A DNA stretch of 60,375 nucleotides, filler included, from Sarea resinae (lineage: Eukaryota), in assembly GCA_026026165.1 (NCBI GenBank). It is 2 parts of 2 records of this genome, joined end to end, with 100 filler letters (N's around TTAATTAATTAA, not from the genome) between each part and the next. Parts side by side here need not be neighbours in the genome. Positions count along the whole stretch, not along the records: positions 1 to 30,593 come from JAPEUD010000127.1; 1 more part is not named here. One strand, given 5' to 3'. This document shows, piece by piece, positions 1-12,835 of this stretch; positions within the stretch are counted from its first letter, which is position 1, and each line of letters starts with the position of its first letter. The notes under the pieces were generated by a model, which did not search any database, was not told where the DNA came from, and saw only the letters and a list, made by a program, of their open reading frames with translations. Made by a program: the position numbers and the translations under genes.

Positions 1-352
1 AGTAGTCACAGTATGCAAGCAGCCCTGGAGGTACTCCGTAGATATTCTTAGGTAGAGCTGTCGGCTGCCTGGAGTTAGGGAGCCGGTCTAAAGAACAGAA
101 GGGAATAGCTGCCGCTCTACGACCAGAGTGGGAGACGAGAGACTCCACCTGGGGTATAACGCAAACGACTAAGGCCTCCAGCTCCGACCTCATTCGGCTT
201 CCCTGTCAATTCCGCGTCTGTTGCTGCTGCCCTGTGCCCTCGCTTCGTTCGGTCTGTGCCTCTCAACGCTCAACGACGGTGACACTAAATAAATGAGGCG
301 GAACATCCATGATCCCAGGCAGCAATAACCGTCCAGGGAGACGGAGGATACT

Positions 353-407
353 GAAGATGATGATGAAGAAGAAGAAGAAGAAGATGATGATGATGACGAT
401 GATGTGA
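353..407. repeat. (GAT/GAA)n trinucleotide microsatellite
   Basis: GAAGATGATGATGAAGAAGAAGAA...GATGATGAC tract; it explains the poly-Ser ORF 190..411. Confidence 0.9.
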
Positions 408-830
408 TCAAGTGTCCTTTGATTCTCTAGCACTCTGTATTTATTACCACTTCACATAGACATAGCATACAGAGTATCTTGGTTGCCTGGTAATAAGACC
501 GGGACCCGAGTGGTTGCGGAGAGCGTCATGGGTTCCATTGAAGCTATTCAACCATTCTTGACTCACTGCTGCACGACGAGAAGGACCTCATTGAAATCCG
601 AGCCATCGTGATAGATCGAGCACCCGAGGTGATACTGACTTCAGAGGGAGCAGGTAAGGTAACCTACAGGTACCTCCAGGCTGTATGGCCAGCGGCCCGG
701 AAGGTGATCAATTAGGTAGATGAATGCCGCCCCAAGTACAAATACTTCGCAGTCTATGAAATAAGGTATGTCTGATGCTCAATCCCAATGCCCAAAGAAA
801 AGAATGGAAGCCATCAAGTCCCGATCCCGA

Positions 831-1568
831 TCAAAACTGCCTCCACCCCGTCCCATCACTAACCATCTGCTCTCCGATCTTCCTGACGTCCTCGGCCGGC
901 CTGGTCCAACACCCCGTAGCATCGCCCCAGGCCGCATCCCCAAACCTGCACAGGCAAAACTCAACAACCCGTTCGATTTCCCGGCGACTCTCGTGCTCCA
1001 ACTGTTCCCTGGAACTTCTACGACTAGTCTTCCCTCGTATCGATCCTTCCTTCCTGTCTATAACATCACCTCCCACCCCATCCCCATCCCCGTGCCCTTC
1101 TTGTTGCCCGTTCTCGCTGGCACCGTCGGCCGCATGATTCGCCAGCCGCTCACACGCCCGTAGAAACGCATTTGCCTCATCCTCATGCTCCTCGTTGGTC
1201 GTCCCCTTCTCATTACTACCAGGCCACACCACCCCGTAGACCTCACTACCGCAGACATCGCGATACCACGCCCTGGCATTGGCGAAGTCCCCCTCGACGC
1301 GATGGAGGATGCCATGTAAGAGCATGCCCTCAAAGGCAGGCGGGCCCTGCATGTGGCGGACGAGGAAGTGGGCCGAGGCCAGATCGGCATTGAGGATGTG
1401 CAGCGCTGCTTCGAGGGCGGGATGGAGGGCCAGGGAGGAGATCCGAGACGTCAGGGCGAGGCAGTGCGGGTGCGGTGGTGGTGGGGCGAGCGGGGCCGGG
1501 AAGGTGAGGAGGTAAGTGTGGAGGGTGCTGAAGGTCGGGAGAGTTGTTGGGGGCGTGGTGTCGGGCAT
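831..1568 (-). CDS. Conserved uncharacterised protein (245 aa, single exon)
   Basis: ATG-to-stop ORF with protein-like helical segments LEAALHILNADLASAHFLVRHMQ and GMLLHGILHRVEGDFANARAWY. I recall these as a conserved fungal/bacterial hypothetical family; not verified by search. Confidence 0.8.
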   Translation of the reverse strand: MPDTTPPTTLPTFSTLHTYLLTFPAPLAPPPPHPHCLALTSRISSLALHPALEAALHILNADLASAHFLVRHMQGPPAFEGMLLHGILHRVEGDFANARAWYRDVCGSEVYGVVWPGSNEKGTTNEEHEDEANAFLRACERLANHAADGASENGQQEGHGDGDGVGGDVIDRKEGSIRGKTSRRSSREQLEHESRREIERVVEFCLCRFGDAAWGDATGCWTRPAEDVRKIGEQMVSDGTGWRQF

Positions 1569-2250
1569 CGTCTGTCTTGGGCTTTCTTCGAGGCTTGACG
1601 GATTCTTTGCTATTGTTCTGTGGTAATCATGGGGAAATGGCAGGGACGGACGTGGGCAACTGTGGAGGGCAATTTCGTTGTTTTCAGTTTCCTCGACTAG
1701 AGCTTATCGAGAACGTCATGATGTTTTGATGAGGCTCGAGACCCTTCATATTTCAGTTTCGACTAGAGAGAACCCTAAGATTTAATTGCCGCTATGGTTG
1801 ATGGATGAACAGCAAGATCGATGGCAGCAGCGACACTGAGAGTTTCATCATATTCAACAATTACGCATTTCTGGAGCTCATGTGTCATAAAATAGACTGT
1901 CTACAACGCAGACTATCAAGATGACATCGTGAAGTTGAACCCCATCAATTCATGCATTGATCATATGGCATCATGGAACCTCCCTAGAAGGAATACTTGC
2001 CTCACGATTATGTGAATATGCGATTCGGGACGATTCAAGCAGTGCAACAAAGATGAAAAACCCGTCGGAAAGAAAGACAGAGGAAAGACATGACTGATTA
2101 AGACTCGAAAAAGAGTTCAGACGCCGAAGATCTAGGGAAAGTAAGTGCAGCAGCGTTTTGGAAGACGCCGAACTTCCAATCACCAAGACTTGAGAAAGAG
2201 TGATGTTTGGCCCGATCGGACCCCATGGATGCTCCTCACGTTGGATCTCT

Positions 2251-3164
<914 letters not shown>

Positions 3165-4203
3165 GTTTGCGACCCGGTGTGAAGGTCAAGCTTCAGGGTG
3201 TCTATTGGGGGCAGGGGGGGGGTTGCCTTTCGCGGATCGAGGGCTCAAGGTCGCTTGTGAGAGAAGCGATCGGCAACAACGATAGCACAGGAATAAAATA
3301 TGAAAGCCCCTGCCAGACAGGGCTTGAATACCGTGGTGATGTTGTGCTGTGTTGTGTGACGGAAGTTGACAGGTGGTACCGATGAAGATGGAGATGGACG
3401 GGGCAAGTTGAATCTCACGGGTCGTCGCACGTCTGTGGCCTGAAATGGATTGGAGTGGTTTCGTAGTGGCAGTGGGCGAATTTAGTGTGATGGGGAGTGT
3501 GATGGATGGGAGGGAGAGAGAGAGAGGGAGAGAGTTGATGGTGGATGGGATGCGCTGCTTCGTTCTCTGATAGGTACCTAAGGTACCTAAGGTACGTCAC
3601 GGTACGGAGTCCTCGAAGACAGTACTTGTCCCTTAGCCGCTCTTCTCGGAGGGGCAAAGGTATGGGAGCGGCTCCTTTCCTCACTTTAGGTAGTCGACAG
3701 TACGTAATTAGTACCCTTTCTTATAGTAAGGTCTTCCATGATAGGTGCCACAAACGGAAGGGGATATGAGAATTGAAACCCAAAGAGAGCGGAGGGTAAC
3801 GAAAGGGGAAACAGGTACGTCTCGGTATCAATATTGATTTTAGTTATTATTGCTAGTATTTATTTCAACTGCATGTACCTTCCTCTACAGATCCCTCTGA
3901 AGCGGAGAGTGAGCTTTTGAGGTTCTTCTCTCTTTCTGCCTGCTGACATACTGATTCATTGATGCTTTCGCATCATGGAGAGCATGTCTGTATGGAAGGT
4001 TGGAGTCCGATGATCTATCTACTCACTGTCATGGGTAGTACCTTGCCGCTGTTCCAAGCTTGATGTTATCGCAACCTGACAACTGCTGAACGCATATCCG
4101 ACTCCATCTACTACGTAGTACGCAGAGCCTGGGCGTGCCCATCAACATTCAATCGGGCTGCTTCCCATTCATACTGGACGTCCGTTACGTTACACTCGCC
4201 GCA

Positions 4204-7200
4204 ATGGCGTCAGACCATGATTCAGATGATTCCATCTCTGTGACCTCTACTGCTGCTAGTGAGGAACGGGATGCATACCCCGTGGAGCGAATACTGGCAG
4301 AGATCGAAGACGAGAATGGAGATCCCTTCTATCTTGTCAAATGGGAAGGCTATCCAAATTCAAGATCGACTTGGGAACCGCGTTCCTCATTTGCTGACAA
4401 CGATGATGAGACTCTTCCGGAGTGGGAAGCTCGAAAGCAGAGAATTGAAGAGGGCTTGGAACTGCCATTCGACATTGATGCTTTTGCTGCTAAAGTCAGG
4501 TCGATTGAGAGCGCCAATGCGAATAAGAAAGCGCGCCGTAGGGCGAAACGGATCAAGTTGGGACTGCCTGTGCCGGCTGACGACGATTTGATTCAGGTCA
4601 CAGATGAGAGCGATCACGATGATAACGCCAACGAAGAAGCGTCTGCCGCAGTCAAGAATGCTCGTCGGGAGAAGCTGAAGCGGCTTGCGGAGAAGAAGAG
4701 GCGAAAGCGTGGAGACAGCAGCGAAGATGATGTTTTGAGTGAAGATTCTCTATTTGGAGAAATCGGCCGGGATGAATCGCCAAAAATGGCCAGTCGCCGT
4801 GTACTATCGACTATTGCTAAAGCTAAATATCCGGCCTTTACAAAGCCGTCGAGTGAAATGCCTCATCCTCATCCAGTCAAGAGAGGTCCTGGCCGACCGA
4901 CGAAAAATACCGTTCTCGGAGTAGCCGGGGCGGGTCCAAACAGATTTGGTAAGAAGAGGGTTCAAGGTGCTGCAGTCATGAGAAACTGGAACGCTGCCCC
5001 AAAGAAACGAAGACGTACCATGTCGACTCAGGACGAGCCCAGGATGTACAAAAATCTGTCGATAACTCGCAAGGCTGAATTGCGCGGAAGGAGGGAGCCT
5101 ACTCCAAATCCGGATAATCTCGTTCTCTTCAACCCAAGAGACGGCGTCACAGTCAAACCCCTTGCAGCTCCGAAGCAGCCAGCAATGTCCCCGTGGCAAA
5201 TGATTCAAGCGCAAGTGAAGGCTAAGGAAGCAGAAGAAATAAATGAAGCGCAGCAGGGTGCCGTTCAAGCTCCCAGCCTTGTCTCGGCCCCGACTCGAGG
5301 TCAAGAGCCGGGCCGTCGGAAAATTCATTTTCAAACCCCGAGTCAAGTGCAACGTAAAGATAATAGTAGGACTCCAAGCGTATCTGCTGGATCTCCGTCG
5401 GACACTCCAATGCTAGATGCCGATACTAGCGAAATTCAACAAGCTGTGACGCCATCTCTGGCGTCAGCCACCAAGCCTTTCCACGCGAGCTCGAATCCTA
5501 CGGGTTCTCAATCTACCCCTTCCTCAACTTTTTCACGTTCTCTTCCTAAGCAGCCTCGACATCCACTACCTCAAGGAGCGCCGGCAAGTCATATTGATTC
5601 GGAACCTCAGTCGCGAAAGAGCTCTTTGGGACCGGAGCAACCGGTCGTTATTGGCAATCTTTCCAAAGCCACCAACCAGCAAGCGGAAGAGCACGTTTTC
5701 CCCGAAAATGCCGTATTTGCTAAGATCAGAATCGGATTTGAGAGCACAAATATTGGCTATTTCCAAGTCACTGGCCTCGACGAAGGCTCTCGACTAGAAT
5801 GGATAAGACAGCTCGGACCTGAGGCAGATCTGTGGTTCAAGCACTCCTGCACCGCCGACGACTACAAGGAGTACCTCAATGACTCACTCAACTATTCGTA
5901 TGGCGACTTGCAACCAGTCGGGAGGAAAGCCGCAGATGCTCTAGAACCTTTCATTCAAGCAATGAAAGACCATGTTTGCGGTGGACTGTACTTTTTCAGA
6001 GACGAGGTTTTGATTTTAATATACCCCGTCAACCAGCATGTATGGAATTTCATCGACAGCGATAGACCAGTCTCAAAAAGTGTACAACTACGACTCCTTC
6101 TGAGGAGTCCTCTCCCATCACCGACGCTCAACCCAGAAGATCTCTCAAGGCTCGTCCCGAACCCGCCAGATCCGAAAGTACCCAAAATCGAAGCAATATG
6201 GAATCGGATTTTCGAGATCAAATTCCGAGACCTTCTACCTAGTCAACTAAAGAAAAAGGGCCATTCCGAGCGCGAAGCCTTCCTGATTTTCCCTACTCAA
6301 CATGAACACGAACTTGCCATCATTTTGCCGTGGCTCGAATGCCACAGCGTAAAAGTCTACACCAGCCAGACGTGGGGAGCGTGGGATTACTTCTCGAGCT
6401 ATACCTCCTGCGGCGTAATACTGGTATGTATCGACTGAGCCCCTGTGCCCGAATCCTCAAGCCTCCTCCCATCATGGCTAAATAGGGCGTACTTTAGATC
6501 CACCCATCTTTTTATCAGTATTACCACATTCCGAACCTCGTTGCAACGCTCAAAAAGAACGTCAATGTCTTTTCCTTCGGTGCCGCTCGCGATCATCCCG
6601 GAACCAACGGGTTCAGCTGCACAAGGCTTTTTCCTCACGGCGGCGCCATCCTTTTGACAGACGAAGTGTACCTGAACCAACCTAAGGCTGCAAATCAAAT
6701 CGTCCAGTGGTTCGTGCGGCACAAATCGCGCGTAGTGTCGTGGAAATTAGTTGGTCGTCCTCAACTCAGAGAGTGGCTTCACAGAGTTATCGACGAGGAA
6801 GGGCCCGGAAATGGGTGATTATCTCCTTACTGCCCTAGCCATCCTCTCCAGCTTCTTTGTCGATATGCGATATCATCTGTCATTCATACATCTAATTCTC
6901 CGGTGATCAAACAGGCGCTACGAGCTCTTCACAGCCATCACAAGCTTGCTCCTTCCGTCCTCCCTAGCCAGCACTACTACAAGCCTCTTCCCACCGTCCA
7001 CCACCACCAGTGCCCCTTCACCCGACTGCCCCCTCATCCTCCCCGACCACCTTCCCGGCTACAAAGCCTCCGCCCCTAACGATATAGCCAACACAGAAAA
7101 GCTCGTTCAATGGTTCGCAGGCTGGGCCGTAGGCAAAGTGACAGAGATACGGAGGTTCATGGTTGTACATCCAGCGAAGTGCCGTCCTCTGCAGGAAGGG

Positions 7201-7358
7201 GAATGGGGTACCATGGTATTTGATCTCTCCATGCCTCCTACTATCACAATCATATTTTATCGAAAATTCAAAACGGAGACTAACCTTGTCTTCTTGACAT
7301 ACAGATCGAGATGTTCACGCCTGAGAGCTTCATCGCAGGACATATTGCCAAACCCTAG
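4204..7358 (+). CDS. Chromodomain-containing protein with a long disordered linker and folded C-terminal region (Chp1-like architecture), about 4 exons
   Basis: N-terminal chromodomain YPVERILAE...FYLVKWEGYPNSRSTWEP; AT-hook-like KRGPGRP; C-terminal exons (ILLIHPSFY..., RLFPHGGAILLTD, LVQWFAGWA) joined via introns at about 6424-6497, 6815-6914 and 7216-7304. Confidence 0.85.
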
Positions 7359-8044
7359 ATAGTGGGTACTGTTCACTTCAAATATTCTATCCTGGCCTCT
7401 CGCTGGCCTCGTTGGCTTTCTTTGGATTTCCTTTGCGTCAGGTCTCAATGTCTTTTCCAAATGAGAGATGGATAGGACCGACCGCAGATGAGTTCGCTGT
7501 TGCTGCTGCTGTTTAGTTGACATGATACCCCACTTCCCTTAACGCGACTTTCTCGCTGTACAGTATTCGTCATTTGGAGTCTTTGGGGGTGGGGGGGAAA
7601 TGGGGTACATTATTGGCTTGCGTGCTAGGCAATGCACGGTCCAGTGCGCGATACATATGAAGTATACTAGCATAATTCCCTAACAGTGTAAGAAGCAGAG
7701 ATCTACCGGCAAAGAAGGCCATGATTCATTCCCAGCAAGCAGAACTTGGTCTAGATGACTACAAAACTGTTTGAGCAACGGGAGGCTTGTCAAACTTCGA
7801 TGAATTGGACGTAGGCACGTTTCGTATATGATAAGTCCCACTATCATGTAGAGAGATGACAGAGGCAGCTGCGGTATTCAGGAATCAATGGATTCATCGC
7901 AGTCCATAGACCACCTAGCCACCCATCATTCACCGGAGGAATGCTGTAGACTGTACTGTACAACAGAGCCTCTGCTTCTGTTTCTGCTTCTGCTTCCCGC
8001 ATCCACATCTCGCATCTTATCTCTTCCCCTCTGCTTCTACCTCA

Positions 8045-8980
8045 TCACCCTCTTCTCCTCGCCCCCTGCTGTTGCGCCTCTCTATCATTTCCACTTGCAC
8101 CGGCACCTCCAGTCCTAGGCGAGCTGGAGCCAGAACCAGCCATCCAAGCCGCCATATCGAAGTTCTGGAGCGATTGCGCTGGAGTTGGCCGGTCGCCTAA
8201 TGTTTCTTTTTGGCGTGCTTCGAGCTCGGATTTCATTTCGGGGTCCACTTCTTGTTGTCAGCATACAATCGTTTCGGCGGGTTGAAGTAAGCGTAGAGAG
8301 AGCTGGGTCAGAGAGGAAAGAATGAGAGAGCAAAGGACGAGGAATGCATACTGTTCTCCATTATATAGGGCATCCCGAAGATCAAAGCCATTGAGAAGAG
8401 GCCGAGAATTATCATTGGATTCTTGAAAAGAGAGATGACCGAGACTAGGGGGTTTAGTTTAGCAATGTCCCAACTTCTGAATTGTTGCCTTGGCAGAAGG
8501 CTATGAGAGGGGAAAGGACGTACAGCCAGCGCGCGCAACGTAATATTCCTTCTTTGCCAGGACCGCCAACTCAATGACGTCTCCGGCGTCGCTGGTGCCT
8601 TTGCTCCGTTTCTCGCCCTTGTTGTCCCATTCGTTCCCCAGAAACGTCGTCCATGCCTCTACGTCCGGTTTCACCCATTTCTCCCCATCGTATAGGCTCT
8701 TTCCGACATCGACCCTCAGGGGAGCGAATGCCACATCTGCGCTCGATACCGTCAGGAGATATGATCCGGCAGTTACGTTTCGCAGGGTGAAGTCGCCGCG
8801 CCGGGAAATTGGGGCGCTGTACTCTTTTCCGGAGGAAGAGAGGAGCAGGCGCGTTGATGAGGGAAGGGCAGCTGGGGAGGGGAGCTGTGGGGAGGCGGGG
8901 ATTGTGATGTGGAGGGAGAGCGCGGTGGCCGTCGCGAGGAAGAGGGGGAGCAGGAGCGTAGTTACGATCTCGAGACGCAT
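8045..8980 (-). CDS. EMC7: ER membrane protein complex subunit 7 (DUF2012), 3 exons (8980-8524, 8444-8352, 8247-8045)
   Basis: Signal peptide, beta-sandwich with GDFTLRNVTAGSYLL, TM segment FKNPMIILGLFSMALIFGMPYIMENMDPEMK and the typical C-terminal NFDMAAWMAG. Confidence 0.88.
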
Positions 8981-9892
8981 GTTTGCGGGAGAGCTCGAAA
9001 CTCCAAGAGGCGGCGATACTGGAGTGGGCTGTGTTGTGCCGGGCTGGACAAGATAGGTAATTGCGGCTGTAGCTGAAGGGAGCTTGAGGTGAGCGAAAGT
9101 ATTCCGTACAGGTGGGAAGCGGCTAACGCGCGTGTTGGGTTTGGCTCGGGAAGCGCGGTTTGGGCTCTTGGATTATGGGATTAAGCAGGGCTGTCCCGGA
9201 CGGGGCGGGTGGCAATCTATCGGCGGCTATGGCGTATGGCACATGGATCAATCACTTCCATCCCTCTCGATCGTAGCAATGCATCATTGATTCACATCTT
9301 CAACTCCAGTACTCTGTTTTGCCCGGCCAGGCTTGACTCCGAAACATGTCTCTGTTTATGCTGATGCGAAGTATCGTATCACCAATGCTAGGATCTCTGT
9401 TCAATACTCGTCTTGCTACTGTGTTTTCGGAAAAGAGATATTCTCCTATCTGCTCTGGTTGACCAATTTGCTCCCCAGTCATTTCCTGGTCGTGGCTTCA
9501 CGTACAGAGAGCGCTCGAGACTGTCTCCGCTCCTGCAGCTTTTCAGACCATCGTCGCCTGCTAAAGGCACTTACTTAGTTTTGCTACTGCAGCCGATTCG
9601 CAACGAGAGATCGAGTCCCGGAGATCTATCTATCGCTCCACAAGACAGCATGAGGGTATCTGCAGAGATCGAATCGTTTCTGCATTGCATCTCTTGAGGA
9701 GCACGTCCCGGCAGTTGAGGGCAGTGCCGATCCGAGCCCCGATGAAGGCGTTCTTGATAGGACTGCTATCATGTTGATTGACCACGCCGGGACTAATCAT
9801 TGTCGCCTCTCGAATGGGCTACTGCATCTTGCTACTCTGATCCTCTTATATTCTTGGCTGCTGTGCCTCCTCCTTCTCGAGCTTATGCGGCC

Positions 9893-10168
9893 ATGACACT
9901 TCGCATGTTTCTTCAGGCGATCTCGGTCTTTCTGGCCCTCGGTTATGCACGTCCGGTGGACTCGAAGTCCGTTCTGACCACCCAAAGAGAACGAGAGGTG
10001 GAGAAGCGTGCCGCACTGCAGTGTTTATCCCAACAAGCGGTCGAGCATGCGTCCGTCACTACCGTATGGCTTGCTTATCGTTCTGGACTTGATTTGATGG
10101 AGAGCACTGGTCGCTTACTGTTGGTCTTCGCGCGGGAACTAATTGGACGACACAATTAGACTTCCTAG
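9893..10168 (+). CDS. Candidate small secreted peptide precursor or gene fragment (about 59 aa; putative intron 10064-10159)
   Basis: MTLRMFLQAISVFLALGYA-RPV...EVEKR-AALQC resembles signal peptide + propeptide + Kex2 site; GTATGG...CTAAT...TAG intron-like signals. No homology recognised. Confidence 0.3.
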
Positions 10169-10556
10169 ATCGGGTTAATCGCCATGCACATCCGTTTCGG
10201 TTGCATATATTCAGTGTCTCCGCTTCGAAGGCAGAACGGGATCTTGGGGGGCTATCATGACGTGTCTAGTCTGTTGACGGAATGGCTGGATGCGCTGCAG
10301 ATGATGGGTCTGAAGAGAGCGTTCGGGGTTACGACTACGAAAAGGAGTGTAATCGGCGGCCAATCGTGGGTCATGTCGCCCCATACTTGCAGTGGATGAT
10401 GCAGTGAACGATGCACTGAAGAGGGGCGGGGTCATGAACCTCCCTCCGGGGCTCTTCACTTCCCGGGCACCAGGCTGGACCTACATATGCTGTGCCATTC
10501 TTCCGCCAGGACGGCTGTTGGTTGTCGTGCTTCAGGAACGGTGTTGTTTTGAGAAC

Positions 10557-12360
10557 ATGGCGAAAATATTGGAATTGCTTGCGGGTTCGACCGCCACGGC
10601 CATTGTGGCTGCCATTGCCTTTGTGCTCTACCTCGTTGGTCTTGCCGTGTATCGATTGCGTTACAGTCCTTTGGCCAAATTCCCGGGGCCCAAGCTCGCC
10701 GCTCTGACTCTGTGGTATGAATTCTACTATGACTCGATCAAGAGAGGCAGATACTCGTTTGAAATTGAGAAGATGCATCGTGAATATGGTCCGTGAATGT
10801 GGGCTGAAGTTGAGAGTGTGGCTGACAAAGACTAGGACCTATTATCCGCATCAATCCCAATGAACTTCATATCAACGACCCGGACTATTTCGACCAGCTG
10901 TACGGTAGTCATGCCAAGCTGGACAAGTACAACTTCATTGCCCGGCAATTTGGCAATGGCAGCTCGACCATCGCTACTCTACCTCATGAGCTTCACAAGC
11001 GGCGCCGAGCTGCATTGGCACCATTCTTTGCCCGTCGCCAGGTCGTCAAGTTACAGGGATTGATCACATTGATGCTCGAGAAGGTCTGCATGAGATTCGA
11101 GGAGCATAAGCGCAATGGCAAGCCTCTGGATGTGTCGATGTTGTTCCGGTTCATGACAGTGGACATCACGACCGAGTATGGATGGGGCAAGCCGTATGGC
11201 TTCCTCGATGCTCCTGAGACCGGCGAACGGTGGGTCAAGAGCATGCAAGGTCTGTTTGAGATGGGCAACACCACCCGTCAGCTGCCATGGCTTGTTCCTA
11301 TCTTCAAAGCTATCCCTGGCTGGATGAACCCTGGTGCTCGGGAGGCGGTAGCACTCATCAAGGTTGGTTTGTTTTTCTCCTTTTCTGCGCATGTACTGAC
11401 TCGGTTTAGACCATCGACAAGGAAGTCTTGGATATCAAGCAGAAATCCCGAAAAGAGTTCGATATCGAGAGCAAGGAAAATCCGACCATCTTCCACGAGC
11501 TTTTCAACAGCGACCTGCCCGAGGAAGAAAAATCGGTCGATCGCCTCTCGCAGGAGGGTCTCATGGTTGTGCTCGCTGGGGCCGAGACCGTCGGCAATGC
11601 CCTCAGTACGATGACTTATTATCTGCTCGAGAACCCACAGTACCTGCACAAGCTGAAGATGGAGCTGGCCGAGGCCATTCCGAACCCTGCGCATCAGCCG
11701 ACGTGGCAGGAGCTTGAGAAGCTGCCGTATTTGGTAAGTAATGTTCCACCGCAGATGTAGCTTGCTGCTAACGTGTAATAATAGTCTGCTGTCATCTGCG
11801 AGGGACTGAGGTGAGAGATTAGCATTTTTCCATTGGTATGAGTTGCTCACACGTCTACAGAGTCGGTCTAGGCGTTTCGGCCCGTCTTCCTCGCGTCTCC
11901 CCGGAGCAGTCTCTCTACTACAAAGACTGGGAGATCCCACGCGGCGTACGTCTCTTTGATCCTCCTCTCCCCAGCTGAAGATAGCTCCCCTCCGCAGCTC
12001 CGGATGGCCGCCACTGACACTACTCATCCCTCACAGACACCCGTCTCGATGAACATCATGCTGATGCACCACAACCCGGTCATCTTCCCATCGCCACTAG
12101 TCTTCCAGCCCGACCGCTGGCTCGACCCGGAGACGTCGCCGGCGCTGCAGAAATACCTGGTGCCGTTCTCCAAGGGCACGCGCATGTGTCTCGGCATGCA
12201 TCTGGGCTACGCCGAGCTGTACCTGACCATGGCGGCCATCTACCGCAACTTCGACCTCCGCCTCTACGACACCACGCGCGAGGACGTCGAGCCGAAGCAC
12301 GATTTTTTCGTCCCCGTGCCCGAGCTCGACACCAAGGGTGTTAGGGTGCTTGTGAAGTAG
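10557..12360 (+). CDS. Cytochrome P450 monooxygenase (trichodiene-oxygenase-like clan), 6 exons
   Basis: N-terminal TM anchor followed by PLAKFPGPKLAALT; I-helix AGAET; K-helix EGLR split over a 26-nt exon; PDRW; heme motif FSKGTRMCLG; intron phases are consistent. Confidence 0.95.
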
Positions 12361-12647
12361 GTTTTTATCAATTAGGGTCTCTGGCTCCGCTGGCTAGAGG
12401 GATGGAGGTCGAGGTCGAGATTGAGGTCCCACGGGAGGAAAGCGAGGCAGGGGCTGGTAAGTCGAGATGATGCCTTTTGGGCAAAGCTTCAAGATTAAAG
12501 ATGATACCTCATAAGCAGAGGTTGAAGGAAACGGGTCTGGTTGGCGTGTAGATGTTATATCATTCGTAGAGAGAGAGAGGTAGAGAGGGAGAGGTAGAGA
12601 TGCTCAATCAGCCGTACGAAGTTATCAGTCTGTATTCAGCCACCTAC

Positions 12648-12835
12648 CGTCGTCGTCATCGGCACAGTCGTCGTCATCGGCACAGACCGTCACTCTCAGC
12701 GGCACGGTCAACTAGATTAGATTAGATTAATTCATGTTCCTGTTCCTTCTCTGAATGGTTGTGTCTGTGATGTCTGTGATGTTTGTGATGTCTGATGTCC
12801 GATGTCTGATGTCTGATGTCTGCAATATCTGATGT
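12648..12835. repeat. Short tandem repeats: 19-bp direct repeat GTCGTCGTCATCGGCACAG x2, (TAGAT)n and degenerate (TCTGATG)n
   Basis: Read directly at about 12649-12686, 12712-12730 and 12763-12835. Confidence 0.8.

Noticed and set aside
190..411. Poly-Ser ORF, and similar poly-L/F/S/H/D ORFs at 30638-30891 and 59303-60074
   Set aside because: They are translations of trinucleotide microsatellites or run into the N gap
10557..12360. Secondary-metabolite biosynthetic gene cluster
   Set aside because: Only one tailoring-type enzyme; no backbone synthase, transporter or regulator in the window
12648..12835. Direct repeats superficially like a CRISPR array or element termini
   Set aside because: No unique spacers, eukaryotic context and no TIR/TSD pair found; simple slippage repeats
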